From the NCBI GenBank assembly GCA_030390025.1, contig CM059432.1, forward strand, positions 60,700,001-60,764,000: a stretch of 64,000 nucleotides of DNA. Direction: 5' to 3'. Under the pieces are notes generated by a model. The model did not search any database, was not told where the DNA came from, and worked only from the letters and a program-made list of their open reading frames with translations. This DNA is from Squalus acanthias. Taxonomy: Eukaryota. Positions within the stretch are counted from its first letter, which is position 1, and each line of letters opens with the position of its first letter. Below, one piece after another: positions 12,318 to 24,974 of this stretch. A program made the position numbers and the translations under genes.

Positions 12318-13686
12318 ATTATCTTCGTCACAAAGGCCTTGAAATTACACCATGGTATTCTTTCACGATACTGCTGTTATAAGCACAAAATGAAGCTATA
12401 AGCTTGGAGTATCCTTATTCTCCAAATAGCAATAGAATCCCACAGTGGTACCTTGTCACTAAAGTGGGTAAGAGATGACCCACATGCTGGTTTTGGTTGA
12501 AGTCTGGATGCCTCTTTAGAAGTATTTGATGTTGCTCCCTCACTGGTTGGCCCAGAATCAATCCTCTGGGATTCATTGCTGTTTAATTTCTTCTTGGTGG
12601 GGCCCACTTACAGCCCAGAACTGCACCAATGCCTGCTTTCCCCAGCTTTCGGTACTGCTGAGAGTTGCGGTAGTACATCTGGTGAGATTTCCAGGTGAGC
12701 CTAGGAATGCCCTGACACACAACCAAACTGAAACTTGGGATGGAGGGAGGCACAGGCTGAAGAAACGCCTGCTGCCCCTCGTTTAAAATTTTCCATGGCT
12801 GCATCAATGGGGCCGAAATCTGGTGAAGATAGATTCCTCCCCAACCGAGGTTCCCTCCACTGTCCCTATGCCTGAAAGCCGCCCCTAGAAAGAGTGGAAT
12901 TTTTGGGCTAAATGTTTTGAATTCACTAAAATTGTAGACTACAGAGAAAGGCAGTTCCATTTCCCCGTACCTTCACCTGCTACTGGATTGTCTCTCTCTA
13001 CTGTTATCTAACTTTGATAACGAATAATCAATAGTTCCTTCCTACCGACAGAGGACCCTCATGTGACTGCCTGTTTTTAAATACCTTCCAAACACAGTTT
13101 GGTGTACTGTGTAATGCAAGAGGAGCAGAATTTTGTAAGAATCAGATTTTAGAAAGCGCCAATTGACTAATAGGCCGGAATTTTCACATTGCAAAGAGTG
13201 CGGGTTTGGGAGCGGGTAGGCAGTTAAAAGTGCTGAAATTGACCGCGTCGGGAACCTGCCTTCAACCCGCCAACTTCCGCATTTAACGGGTGCGTTTCGA
13301 AGCTTGCCACGGACCCGCTCGGGAGAGGAGGGCGACCTCATTGAAGTAGTTAACAGCTCGTTGAGAAACACACAAGAGGCTTGTGCACAGGATTCATGGA
13401 CTTCCTGAAGCTCGTCTATGAAGGCAAGGCGAGAGCTCAGTGGCCATTGTGCTAGTTCATTAAGTGACAGCTGGAAAAAGCCCATAAATACACACACCTT
13501 ACACCTGCTTCCTTGCCTAAGGGAAAGACTCTTGCTGACACCATTTTGTGCAGAGATTTTGCTTTCAGGAGTTTGCAAGTGATTTCTGCAACCTCGGAAG
13601 CCACTCTCACCACATTGCTAGTCACTCACTGCATTGGAGGATTGTGCCTCTGATCTCCACTTTACCTGGCATCAATCAGATCAGCA

Positions 13687-14865
13687 TAGGTGCCATTTAT
13701 GCTGTTTCATCTTGGACCTCAGATTCGGACCAAGATGAGCCCCAGCACCAACAACACCAGCCACACCAGCAGCAGCAGCAACAACACCAGCAGCCTTATC
13801 CTCACCGACCTGATGCTCCACAGCAGAGAGGATGCATTGAGCGGGAGGCGATACCCCCAACACAGGGTATACAGGCAGAGGATGAGCTTCCTGGACATGA
13901 CTGAACAGCAGTGCCTCAGGAGGCTCAGGCTATCGCACCAGGTCGTGGCAGACATTTGTAACTTGCTTGAATAAGACCTGCTGCCCAGAGGACCTGGTGG
14001 CCACGCCTTACCAGTGGCTGTCAAAGTCACCACCGCTCTCAACTTCTTCGCCTCAGGCTCCTTCCAGGGATCTGCAGCAGACATTTGCAGGATCTCTCAG
14101 TCGGCCGCCCACAAATGCATCACCCAAGTGACTGATGCCATGTTTCACAAGTCAGCCACTTGTGTACACTTTGCCACTGATGAAGCCAGCGTGACTGAGT
14201 GTGCACTCAGCTTTGTGGCTATGACTGGCTTCCCACAGGTGTAGGGCGTCATCGACTGCACACATGTGGTCATCAAGGCATCCCCACATCACCCAGGAGG
14301 GTTCGTGAATGGTAAGGACTTCCACTCCCTTAATGTGCAGCTCGTCTGCAAACACAAAAAGATCAACATGCATGTTTCCTAGGGAGCTATCATGACTCTT
14401 TTGTCCTGCGCCAGTCCACCCTCCCTCAGCTCTTCGCACCTCTGAACTGACATGCTGGCTGCTTGGACACAAGGGCTATCCATTGAAGATGTGGCTGATG
14501 ACACCCTTGAGGAGGCCAAGGTGCGCTATAATGAAAGCCATATGATGACCAGATGTGTGATAGAGCAAGCAATCAGCATGCTGAAGATGCGCTTCAGATG
14601 CCTTAACAGATCTGGAGGAGCCCTTCAGTATGCACCAGCCAGGGTCTCCAGAATGATCATTGTGTGCTGTGTGCTGCGTGCTGCACAACATAGCGCAGCA
14701 GTGAGGATTGGAGCTGCAGGAGGAGCAAGACGCAGAGCGCACAGCCTCTTCAGAAGAGGAGGAGGAGCAGGTGGAACGCGAAGAGGAGGAACCTGAGGTG
14801 GAGATGCCACCACCAGCGGTGCACATTGCTGCCCGGGATGGGCTCATAATGGCACGATTTAGTTC
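13687..14865 (+). pseudogene. Harbinger (HARBI1-like, DDE_Tnp_4-type) transposase pseudogene
   Basis: [72 protein letters not shown], acidic tail. In-frame stops at about 13972 and 14242, plus frameshifts. Confidence 0.9.
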
Positions 14866-15169
14866 ATTTGCACCGGTGCACCCATCTGGCTCCCAGATGA
14901 TGTACCAACTCCCCCCCACCCACCCCACCCCCCCCGCCCCCACCAACACCACAAAGGAGTCTTGAAATGACCAAACCACTCCTGTCACACATACACCCAT
15001 TGCTCGAGGTTAAGTAATGTTTCACCATTCACTCCAACTGACAAGGCCACTTCCCAGGTAGCAGGCAAAAATGGACAAGATGGGAAAGTGGTGCAAAGAA
15101 ATAAGTTTATGTGTGTCATAAATAGAACTGAAACTTAACAGTAACATTTTGGCAAGCACCCTTGTGCAT

Positions 15170-17190
15170 CTATGATTGTGTCACTTTTCTTTTCCGAGTG
15201 CTTCTACGAGGTGCATCTCCTGTGGCTTCAGCAGAGGTAGAGGCAGGCTGCTCACTTCCCTGCTGTGACTGCTTAGACACATTTGGTGGACGTCCTCTGG
15301 GTTTTGGAGCCTGTGAGAGCCTCACCAAAGACTGCTCCTCCTGCAACTGTGCAGGGGCAGACTCGACCATCGGGATCCGTGGCAACATGTGATGCTCTGA
15401 CTGGTGGGCAGGCAATGAGGGAGAAGTGGGAGCGCTTTGAGCAGAGCCCCCACTTCCATGTGCTCTCTCACCGTCATTCCTCACATGGGCCACTCGCACA
15501 TCCCTGCTAGCAAAGAGCTGGAGAGCACCTTGCTGCACATCAGTGGGGCAATGAACATTGGTATACCTTCTAGAGATGAGTTCAATAAGAGTCTGAAATC
15601 TGTTGTTCACAGCATGTTCTCGTTCGACTGGCGCATTAGCTGCTCCATGCAGGTGGCCATCCTTTCCATGGAAGAGCACACCATCGCCTGCGATATCAGG
15701 CTGCTCATGTTTAAGATGGACTCCTCCATTCTCTGTACAATAGTGCACATCGCTGCTCCTCCAAGATCAATCACTTTGTCGACGGCCCCCGAGGTTCAGC
15801 ATCTGCATCCAGCTGAGCAGAGCTTGGAGCGTGGTGCACCCTCCGACGAGAACTCTCCACTGCTGTCCCTGTCTCTACCATCTGCTCTTGCTCACTTGTG
15901 ATGTGTGAGACACCAGGTGACAACACTACTCTATGTCTCACAGGACCCACTGAAGTGCGCATATCTACGCTGATGCTGGGTGCGCATGGGTCTGGTGATG
16001 GTGCATCCTCAGAGACTGCAGCTTCCTCTGAGGAGTCATCTTCCTCCTCCAACTGGACAGTGGTGGGGGCACTTGGTGGACCTATGGGAGAGTAAAGACA
16101 TGAATTAGAACTCTGATGGTAAGAATGTGTAACGTTACCATTATGCACATGATAATTTACTGGCTGCTGACATCATTCACCATAAAGGGAATTAGGGGTT
16201 ACGGGGAGCGGGCAGGAAATTGGACATGAGGCTGAGTTCGGATCGGTCGAGGCCCTGTGGGTGGCGTAGCGGGCCCAGGGGCTGAGTGGCCGGGTCCTGC
16301 TCCTACTTCTTGTGTTCTTTAGATTTGAGGTGAGGATCAGATCAGCCATGATCTTATTGAATGGCGGAGCAGGCTCGAAGGGCCGATTGGCCTACTCCTG
16401 CTCCTATTTCTTATGTTCTTATGTTGTACGCCATGTGGGATATTTAATTCTGTCACCTAGTTGCTGGGAGATACCCCACTCTTCCTCTCCCACCAGCAGT
16501 AGCTCTGTCACTCCACTTAATTCCAGCGCCGCCTCCTCTTCTGGCATCAAAGTCGTGTATATTGGAAGGCTACCTCCGGTTCTTTGTCTCTCTCTCTTGT
16601 TCTGCGCTCTCTTCTGCAAGGAGGGAAAGAAGAGAACTTTGAGTGAGAGTGATGGAATGAGTGTAAGGGATGGATGGGCTAGATCAATAGAGGGTGACTG
16701 AGGGAGTGTCATGACATTGCCAAATGGCCTCCTTCTGTGACGTTACTTTCTATGATTGCATTAGGCTGAGGGTGAGTGTCGGTGGTGGATAGTCAGTTGG
16801 GGATGTGAGTACGTGCATAGACAGTGAGGGATGGGTGCACCTGCAAGATAGGTTGGTGTGAGGAGTGATGTGCAGGAGTAGACTTGGGAAGGTAGAGTGA
16901 TGGGGTTGGAATGACACGCACATCAAGATGTAGTTGAATGTGGCATTGTACTCACCTTTCCTGACCTTATTAGATCATTGAATCTCTTCCGAGGAGCAGT
17001 TCACTGCACCCCTGCTGCTGACTTTGTGGGTGATCTCCAGCCGTGCCCTCTTGGTATCACTGGCTGGTCTCTTCCTGGCGTTACCAGGGAATAAGACCTC
17101 CCTCCGTGCTCTGACTCCCTGGAGCAGGACTTCCAGGGAGGAATCCGAAAACCTGGGCACAGCCTTCTGGCACTAAGACTGCACCCTTCC
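15170..17190 (-). pseudogene. Harbinger Myb/SANT-like DNA-binding gene, three exons (about 17190-16956, 16613-16457, 16081-15170), disrupted
   Basis: PRFSDSSLEVLLQGVRARREVLFP...KRFNDL, then donor GTgagt; acceptor ttgcAG, KRAQNKRERQRTGG, donor GTgaca; acceptor cccatAG, acidic and low-complexity C-terminus ending PRRSTRKRK. Confidence 0.85.
16180..16425 (+). mobile_element. CR1 3'-terminal fragment with a doubled 3' module, inside the Myb-gene intron
   Basis: KGIRGYGERAG ORF2 end and cttatgtt-repeat tail; similar to 48070-48350. Confidence 0.85.
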
Positions 17191-17599
17191 TTGCACCCAC
17201 ACAGTCAAAGTCTTGGATGGATAAGCATAGGCACCTCTCCCAACCGCCTCTGAGCCTCCTACAACAACCTTCAACTGTGATGTGGGCAAGGCTCCTTTAA
17301 ATATCTGAGCTGAAGGCGAGTCATCAATGACGTCATCAGACCCGCTCCAGTTAATTGGCCGGGAAACTCGCATGACTCATTCAATTGATGTAATTCAGTT
17401 AAACGCACAGTGGAGACCGTGCTGATGAAAAGTTTGTGATGGCGACCCACTACACCCGGCCATAGTGTGGGAACAGCAGTGAGATGTGCATTACATTCTG
17501 GCCCTGTCCTGTATCTAAATAATCATTAAAGTGAAATGTAATTTTCTGGTAATGGCTGCATGTCTGGAGTACAACAATTATTATTTTAAAGTCCTGAAC

Positions 17600-18855
17600 C
17601 AAACCAAACGTCGGTGGTAGGGAAACTTTTAGAGACAATAATCCGGGACAAAATTAATTGACACTTGGAAAAATATGGGTTAATATAGGAAAGCCAGCAC
17701 AGCTTTGTTAAAGACTAATTGTGTTTGACAAGTTGATTGAGTTCTTTGATGAGGTAATGGAAAGAGTTGATAAGGTAGTGTGGTTGATGTTATGTATATG
17801 GACTTTCAAAAGGCGTTTGATATATATAAAAGTTCCATAGAAGAGGGGATAGTGCCAGAGGACTGGCAGAAAGCTAATGTTGTTCCTACATCCAAAAAGG
17901 GAGATCGAACAAATCCTGGGAACTATAGACCAGTCATCTTAGGAAAAATACTGGAATCTATAGTAAAAGAAATGATAGCAGAGCACCTAGAGACAGAAAA
18001 TGTAATAAAAAATAGTCAGCATGGATTCCGAAAGCCTAAGTCATGCTTAACTAACCTGATAGAATTCTTTGAAGAGGGAATAGAAACAGTAGACAAGGGT
18101 AATGCAGTAGATGTCATATCCTTGGATTTTCAAAAGGCCTTCAATAAGGTACCACACGGTAGGTTAATGACTAAAGTTAGGGCATGTGGAGTCAGAGATA
18201 AATATCTGAATGAATAGTAAATTAGCTAAAAAAAATAAAAAGAGTGTAGGGTAAAGGATAGTTGTTCAGATTGGAGGGACGGTAGTGTTCCACAAGGATC
18301 AGTGCTGAGACCACTGTTAGTCATAATTTACATTAATGATTTGTATTTAGGAACAAATAACTGAATATCAACATTTGCAAATGATACCAAACTGGGGGTT
18401 TAGCTAACACTGAGGAAGAATGTAAGAATGCAACATAGTACAAGAAGGCATTAGAAAACTTGCAGATTGGGCAGTTAAGTGGCAAATAAACTTTAACAGA
18501 GATAAATGTGAGGTGATGTGCTTTGGTAGGAAAAATAGAAACATCACCTACACCTTAGAAAATAAGAAGAACAAAGCGATCTAGGGATAAAGGTGAACAA
18601 ACCATTAAAAGCAGCACTGCAGGTCAGCAAAGCAATTAAAAATGCTAGCAAAGCACTGGGATTTATTTTTAGGGGTATAGAATTCAAAAGTAGTGAAGTT
18701 ATGTTAAACTTGTATAGGAACCTGGTCAGGCCACACTCAGTGTACTGTGCACAGTTCTGGTCTCTGTACGGTAAAGAGGACATTGAAGCACTGGAAAAGT
18801 GCAAAAAAGATTTACAAGGTTGGTACCAGAACTGAGAGATTACAGCTATCAGATT
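17600..18855 (+). mobile_element. Degraded, composite CR1 RT fragments
   Basis: DFQKAFD occurs twice, plus SQHGF and VRPHSVYCAQFW; many stops. Confidence 0.85.
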
Positions 18856-18865
18856 GTGATGCATG

Positions 18866-19391
18866 AGATCATTAAATCACTTGCAGCATTGAATCCAGGA
18901 GCGGCTGACAACACCCCTGCTGCTCACTTCTTGTGCAATCTCCAGCCATGCCCTCTTGGTTTCACTGGCTGCTCGCTTCCTGCCAGGGAATAGGACCTCC
19001 CTCCATGCTCTGACTCCCTGGACCAGGACATCCAGGGAGGAATCCGAAAACCTGGGTGCAGCCTTCTGGCACTGTGACTTCTTCCTTGCTTGCACCCACA
19101 CAAAAGTCTTCGGTATATAATAGCCACCTCTCCCAAACACCTATATTCCTCCTCCAACAACCTTCAACTGTGATGTGTGTAAGGCTCCTTTAAATAGCTG
19201 AGCTGAAAGCAAGTCATCGGTGATATCATTAGACATGCTCCATTTAATTGGCCGGGAAATCAGCATTGTTGTTTCAATTGACCCAATTCAGTTAAACACG
19301 CAGTGCAGAACGCGCTGTTGAAAACTTATGGATGGCGACCCGCACGCATAATGGTGGCACCCATCCTGACTTTAAAATGAAAATTCAGGCC
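18866..19391 (-). mobile_element. Second copy of Harbinger Myb exon 1 and its upstream region, carrying the right TIR
   Basis: APRFSDSSLDVLVQGVRAWREVLFP...WLEIAQEVS...SWIQCCK; collinear with 16960-17450. Confidence 0.85.
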
Positions 19392-19679
19392 AGACTGTTT
19401 CTAACCTCATTTGATGGACAGCTGTTTTACAGTTTGTGCAAGATAGCCAGCATCGACTACAAAAGGTGGTCTAATTTTAACAAAATGCTTAAGGATTAAA
19501 AAAAACTTCATAGACATCCACACATAGACTGCTGTAGTATGTGCGAGCTGTGGCTGTGCCAGTGCTCAGAAATTTTCTGAGAGATATCCAATTTTATCCA
19601 ATCAAAAATAAATTATAGAATCATAGGGCAGGAGTAAGTTCAGAGGGATATGGCTCCACACTCACCCTACTGGCACTGG

Positions 19680-22678
19680 CACCAGTACTGGGGAAAGAGA
19701 GAACTGTTCCATTGGGACGGACTACACCTGAAACATGCTGGGACCCAGAGTTCTAGCTAATCGAATAACTAGGGAGGTAGATAGGGCTTTAAACTAAATA
19801 AGAGGGGAGAGGGTCCCGGTGGAGAGAAATCTAGAATGCTAAAGAGAAAAGACAAGGAAGCAGTGCAGGAAAGTGATTGGGGTAAGGATAACCCGATTGT
19901 GTCAGGAAGGGACAGAGTGTACAAACAAAGGAGTGCACTAACAAATAGGGTCCGTGTAAGAAAGAATAGTAATAAGACAAATAGGGCCATAGTCTATAGG
20001 CCTCCAAACAGTAGTAGTAATGTAGGGGATGGCATCAAACAGGAAATTAGAGATGTATGTAACAAGGGTACTACAGTAATCATGGGTGACTTTAATCTAC
20101 ATATAGACTAGCCAAACCAAATTAGCAATAATACTGTGGAGGATGAATTCCTGGAGTGTGTACGAGATGGTTTTTTAGACCAGTACGTTGAGGAGCCAAC
20201 TAGGGAACAGGCTATCCTAGATTGGGTATTGTGAAATGCGAAGGGGTTAATTAATAATCTTGTTGTGCGGGGTCCTTTAGGGAAGAGTGACCATAACATG
20301 TAGAATTTTTCATTAAGATGGAAAGTGAAGTAGTCCAATCCGAAACTAGGGTCCTAAATCTAAACAAAGGAAACTACGAAGGTATGAGGAGTGAGTTGGC
20401 TATGATAGATTGGGGAGCTTCATTAAAAGGCATGATGGTGGATAGGCAATGGCTAACATTTAAGGAACGAATGCATGAATTGCAACAGTTATACATTCCT
20501 TTCTGGCGCAAAAACACAAAAGGAAAAGCGGCCCAACCATGGCTAACAAAAGAAATTAAGGATAGTATTATATCCAAAGAGGAGTCATATAAAGTTGCCA
20601 GAAAAAGTAGCAAGCAGTTTAGAGTTCAGCAAAAAAGGACCAAGAGATTGATTAAGAGGGGGAAAATAGAGTATGAGAGTAAACTTGCAAGGAACATAAA
20701 TGCGGATTGTAAAAGCTTCTACAAGTATGTAAAAAGAAAAAGATTAGTGAAAACAAATGTAGGTCCCTTACAGTCAGAAACGGGAGAATTTATAATGGAG
20801 AACAAGGAAATGGCAGAGCAATTAAACAATTACTTTGGTTCTGTCTTCACGGAAGAGGACACAAATAACTTCCCAGAAATGCTAGGGAACCAAGGGTCTA
20901 GTGAGAAGGAGGAATTAAAGGAAATTAGTATTAGTAAAAAAAATAGTGCTGGAGAAATTAATGGGACTGAAAGCCGATAAATCCCCAGGGCCTGATAATC
21001 TGCATCCCAGAGTGCTAAAAGAGGTAGCCATGGAAATAGTGGATGCATTGGTTGTCGTCTTCCAAAATTCTATAGATTATGGAACAGTTCCTGCAGATTG
21101 GAGGGTGGCAAATGTAACCCCACTATTTAAGAAAGGAGGGAGAGAGAAAACCGGGAACTACAGACCGCTTAACCTAACATCAGTAGTAGGGAAAATGCTA
21201 GAGTCTATTATAAAGGATGTGATAACAGGACACTTAGAAAATATCAATGGGATTAGACAAAGTCAACATGGATTTATGAAAGGGAAATCGTGTTTGACAA
21301 ACCTACTGGAGTTTTTTGAGGATGTAACTGGTAGAATAGATAAGGGAGAGCCAGTGGATGTGGTGTATTTGGATTTTCAGAAGGCCTTTGATAAAGTCCC
21401 ACATAAGAGGTTAGTGTACAAAATTAAAGCACATGGGATTGGGGGTAATATACTGGCATGGATTGAAAATTGGTTAACAGACAGGAAACAGAGAGTAGGA
21501 ATAAATGGGTCTTTTTCGGGGTGGCAGGCGGTGACTAGTGGGGTACCGCAGGGATCAGTGCTTGGGCCCCAACTATTCACAATATATATCAATGATTTGG
21601 ATGAGGGAACCAAATGTAATATTTCCAAGTTTGCTGACGACACGAAACTAGGTGGGATTGTGAGTTGTGAGGAGGATGCAAAGAGGCTTCAAGGCGATTT
21701 AGACAAGTTCAGTGAGTGGGCAAATACATGGCAGATGCAGTATAACGTGGATAAATGTGAAGTTATCCACTTCGGTAGGAAAAACAGAAAGGTAGAGTAT
21801 TATTTAAATAGTGATAGATTGGGAAATGTGGATGTACAAAGGGACCTGGGTGTCCTTGTACACCAGTCACTGAAAGCAAACATGCAGGTGCAGCAAGCAG
21901 TTAGGAAGGCAAATGGTATGTTGGCCTTCATTGCAAGGGATTTGAGTACAGGAGCAAGGATGTCTTACTACAGTTAAAATTGAGAGGTCGCACAACACCA
22001 GGTTATAGTCCAACAGTTTTATTTGAAATCACAAGCTCTCAATTTTGTCCACCCCAGTCCAACACCGGCATCTCCGCATCATGATTACTACAGTTATACA
22101 GGGCCTTGGTGAGACCACACCTGAAGTACTTTGTGCAGTTTTGGTCTCCTTACCTAAGAAAGAATATACTTGCCATACAGGGAGTGCAGCGAAGGTTCAC
22201 CAGACTGATTCCTGGGATGGCAGGACTGTCATATGAGGAGAGATTGGGTCGACTAGGCCTGTATTCACTAGAGTTTAGAAGAATGAGAGGGGACCTCATT
22301 GAAACGTATAAAATTTTGACAGGGCTAGACAGACTGGATGCAGGGAGGATGTTTCCCCTGGCTGGGGGGTCTAGAATAAGGGGTCACAGTCTCAGGATAC
22401 GGGGTAGGACATTTAAGACTGAGATGAGGAGAAATTTCTTCACTCAAAGGGCGGTGAACCTGTGGAATTCTCTACCACAGAAGGCCGTGGAGGCCAAGTC
22501 ACTGAATATATTTAAGGAGGAGATAGATAGATTTCTAGACACAAAAGGCATCAAGGAGTATGGGGAGAGAGCAGGAATATGGTATTGAGATAGAGAATCA
22601 GCCATGATCATATTGAATGGCGGAGCAGGCTCGAAGGGCCGAATGGCCTACTCCTGCTCCTATTTTTCTATGTTTCTA
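19680..22678 (+). mobile_element. Long CR1 LINE: ORF1 3' remnant, partly deleted APE, RT and 3'UTR
   Basis: DGLHL esterase-like motif at about 19716; YRPPN/GDFN; ORF 20946 (343 aa) has PQGSVLGP and KFADD; terminal tail at 22600-22678. Confidence 0.93.
21977..22084. mobile_element. 108-bp Penelope-like insertion with internal inversion, inside CR1 ORF2
   Basis: 12-bp TSD ttactacagtta at 21965-21976 and 22085-22096; aaattgagag...ctctcaattt inverted junction; same family as 2155-2324. Confidence 0.8.
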
Positions 22679-23069
22679 GTTCTCTCACTACCAGTCGTTC
22701 TCCTTAAAATTGACCTAAGTTCATTCTGGCCCTGAAATCCCATCTCATTTATGGGGCCTAAAACCAGTCGAGACGGCTTCCTCTCCGATTTACAGGCTCT
22801 AAATTGGGCCTGTAAATTGGACGGGAAGCCATTTACACTAGTTTTACACTCTTAAAATTAAGTATCTGAATTTCCTAATGTAATTTTCCACTATCCACCC
22901 ACTAAGTCCTCCAGTGGTGCTGCAGCCCCGAATTTGTTGCATTTATGCTCGCAATGCACTAAGAGTAAGTTGTAAATGAAAATATACAGCAAAGCTGTTG
23001 CCAGGATCAGCTGAGAGTGGTGGAATCGAGGGATATTTGAACCACAGAACTGCTGAATGCTCTGTCTTT

Positions 23070-23200
23070 AGCTATGACGGTCACAACCACACTCAATCTA
23101 CGGCAGCCACAGGGGATCTGTGTAATCTCACCCAGGGTACCGATTTGGACATACATTCGTCAGGTGACTGATGGACTTTTTCACAGAGCTGGGAACTTCT
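23070..23200 (+). pseudogene. Small Harbinger transposase fragment
   Basis: VTTTLN...IRQVTDGLFHRAGNF parallels the transposase at 14.0-14.2 kb. Confidence 0.45.
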
Positions 23201-23409
23201 TCTCTTCTGACATCACAGCAAGACAGCAGCAGTCAACCTCTGTTGCCACTACCGTAACAGCTTCTTCCCCACTTTCAAATAAAGGACAAATCCTTCAGTC
23301 CAGTACCTATCCTAAAACATCACAACACATCAGACTCCTTTGGCCCAACATGCCCATGCCAATAACAATCAGCTGCTTGAATATGTCAGCACAAAATGTG
23401 TGCACTCTT

Positions 23410-23620
23410 TCAACAACAACTTGTATTTATATAGTGCCTTTAACATTGTAAAACGTCCCAAGGCGCTTCACAGGAGTATTTTAAGACAAAAAATTTGACT
23501 CCGATCCACATAAGGATAAATTAGGGCAGGTGACCAAAAGCTTGGCCAAGGAGGTAGGTTTTAAGGAGCGTCTTAAAGGAGGAAAGAGAGGTAGCGATGC
23601 GGACAGGTTTAGGCAGGGAC
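23410..23620 (-). mobile_element. L2 LINE 3' end
   Basis: Reverse complement of 60770-61050; (gtt)n tail. Confidence 0.75.
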
Positions 23621-23721
23621 TATAATCTCCATGAATAACAAAGCACAATATAAGTGCACATTCTCCTTTAATACAACAACGTCCAAAGTGACTATAAGCC
23701 AAACTACTCTTTCCTCACACT

Positions 23722-24344
23722 GGCCGGAATTTTAATCGTGAGGCGGGTTGAGAGCATGGGGGCGAAGAAGCAGTCGGGAAAGTGGGGAGAACGGGTTTCC
23801 CGCAGGCCACAGAGAGGAGGAAGGGAGGGATCGGGTCGGGGGCCGGACGAGGATCGGTGGGGAGGGAGGGAAGCTTCGGGGGAGAGGGAGAGCACATTGG
23901 GGCCGGCCTGAGGATCATCAGGGGGGGCGAAGTCCGGAAAGGCGATCGGAGGCCTCATGGGGAGGAATTGGAGGCCTCGTGTGGGGTCTCTGATCGCGAT
24001 GGGTGGATGAGGTAGGGATGCTGGATCCAGGAGGTAAGTGTAAAGGCACTTACCTCCTGATCCAGCAGTCCTCGCCTTACTTTAGCTGGCAGGTTCCCTG
24101 AGGCCTGTGAAACCCAACCAGCCATAGTACAATTTGTAATGCGAGTTAAATCTGAGGCACGCCAGCCTCATTATAATATTTAAATGGGTGAACCGCCTCC
24201 TGGGAGCGGGTTGGCTGTCCGCCTCCCCCCCCCAGTACCACCTCCGTTAAAACCGGAAATGGGCAGGTTGTAGTCGGGATTCAGTTTTTTAACACTTTAA
24301 CCTCCCACCCAACCCACCCATTTTTGGGGGTTAAAATTCCCCCC
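23722..24344. mobile_element. Harbinger-type MITE with a central splice-donor hairpin
   Basis: TIRs ggccggaattttaa / ttaaaattcccccc (12/14); flanks act/acc; subterminal similarity to 38450-38620. Confidence 0.65.
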
Positions 24345-24974
24345 ACCACTGAAGTTCCACTGGGTAACAAATATGTCTTTTTTTCTTCTATTTTAGCATT
24401 TCTCCTTGGTGCAACCTGATGACAGGTATATGATAGGTGGTTGGCTGCACCTGTGCTATAAAAGGGTATGGAACCGAGGTGGCTCTCATGACAACTTGCT
24501 TCTGGAAGGGAGCTGCTGCTGGGCAGCCTGGTGTTGTTTCCTACATGCCACTAACATATTCTGAAGTGGAAGGCATGTGCTGCAACCCTGAGTAATTGGC
24601 AGCTTCATTAGTTTTCTCCAGCTGCTGCCATTGCACTGGGCCCTGGATCTGTGTCCCCACTGATCAGCGGACTGGCTCGTCTAATGGCAGCTATCAGATC
24701 CAGAAACCCCAGAGAGATAGCAGCCTGCAGCCTGGCCCTGCACAGTCTAGAATCCAGTACACAGGATACTATCTCATCTGCCACCAAAGCTGCAGTCTGT
24801 GCATCTGAGGAGGTGGAGGCACCGACTAGTCCTTGGCCATTCCTTAGGTGGGGAACTGCTGTAGAATCCAATGAATCTGCCACATTGATACCTGCAACAA
24901 AGAAAAAATTTCCTGATGTTGCTACAAATGAGAACTGTAAACTCCAAAGTCACACCTGTCACTTGACGCAGCAG

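Larger units (their letters stand above)
13173..19391. mobile_element. Decayed two-gene PIF/Harbinger transposon with convergent transposase (+) and Myb/SANT gene (-), plus nested CR1 pieces
   Basis: TIRs ggccggaattttca / tgaaaattcaggcc (13/14); imperfect flanks ata/aga; both Harbinger genes lie inside. Confidence 0.75.

Noticed and set aside
13548..13904. Poly-Q ORF as a separate gene
   Set aside because: It is the CAG/CAA-rich low-complexity N-terminal region of the Harbinger transposase pseudogene.
13687..14865. Host gene HARBI1
   Set aside because: Contains stops and frameshifts, and sits within TIRs beside a Myb partner, so it is a transposon copy.
23750..24020. G-rich, G-quadruplex-like tract and Gly/Arg-rich ORFs
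   Set aside because: Low-complexity interior of a MITE, with no independent support for function.
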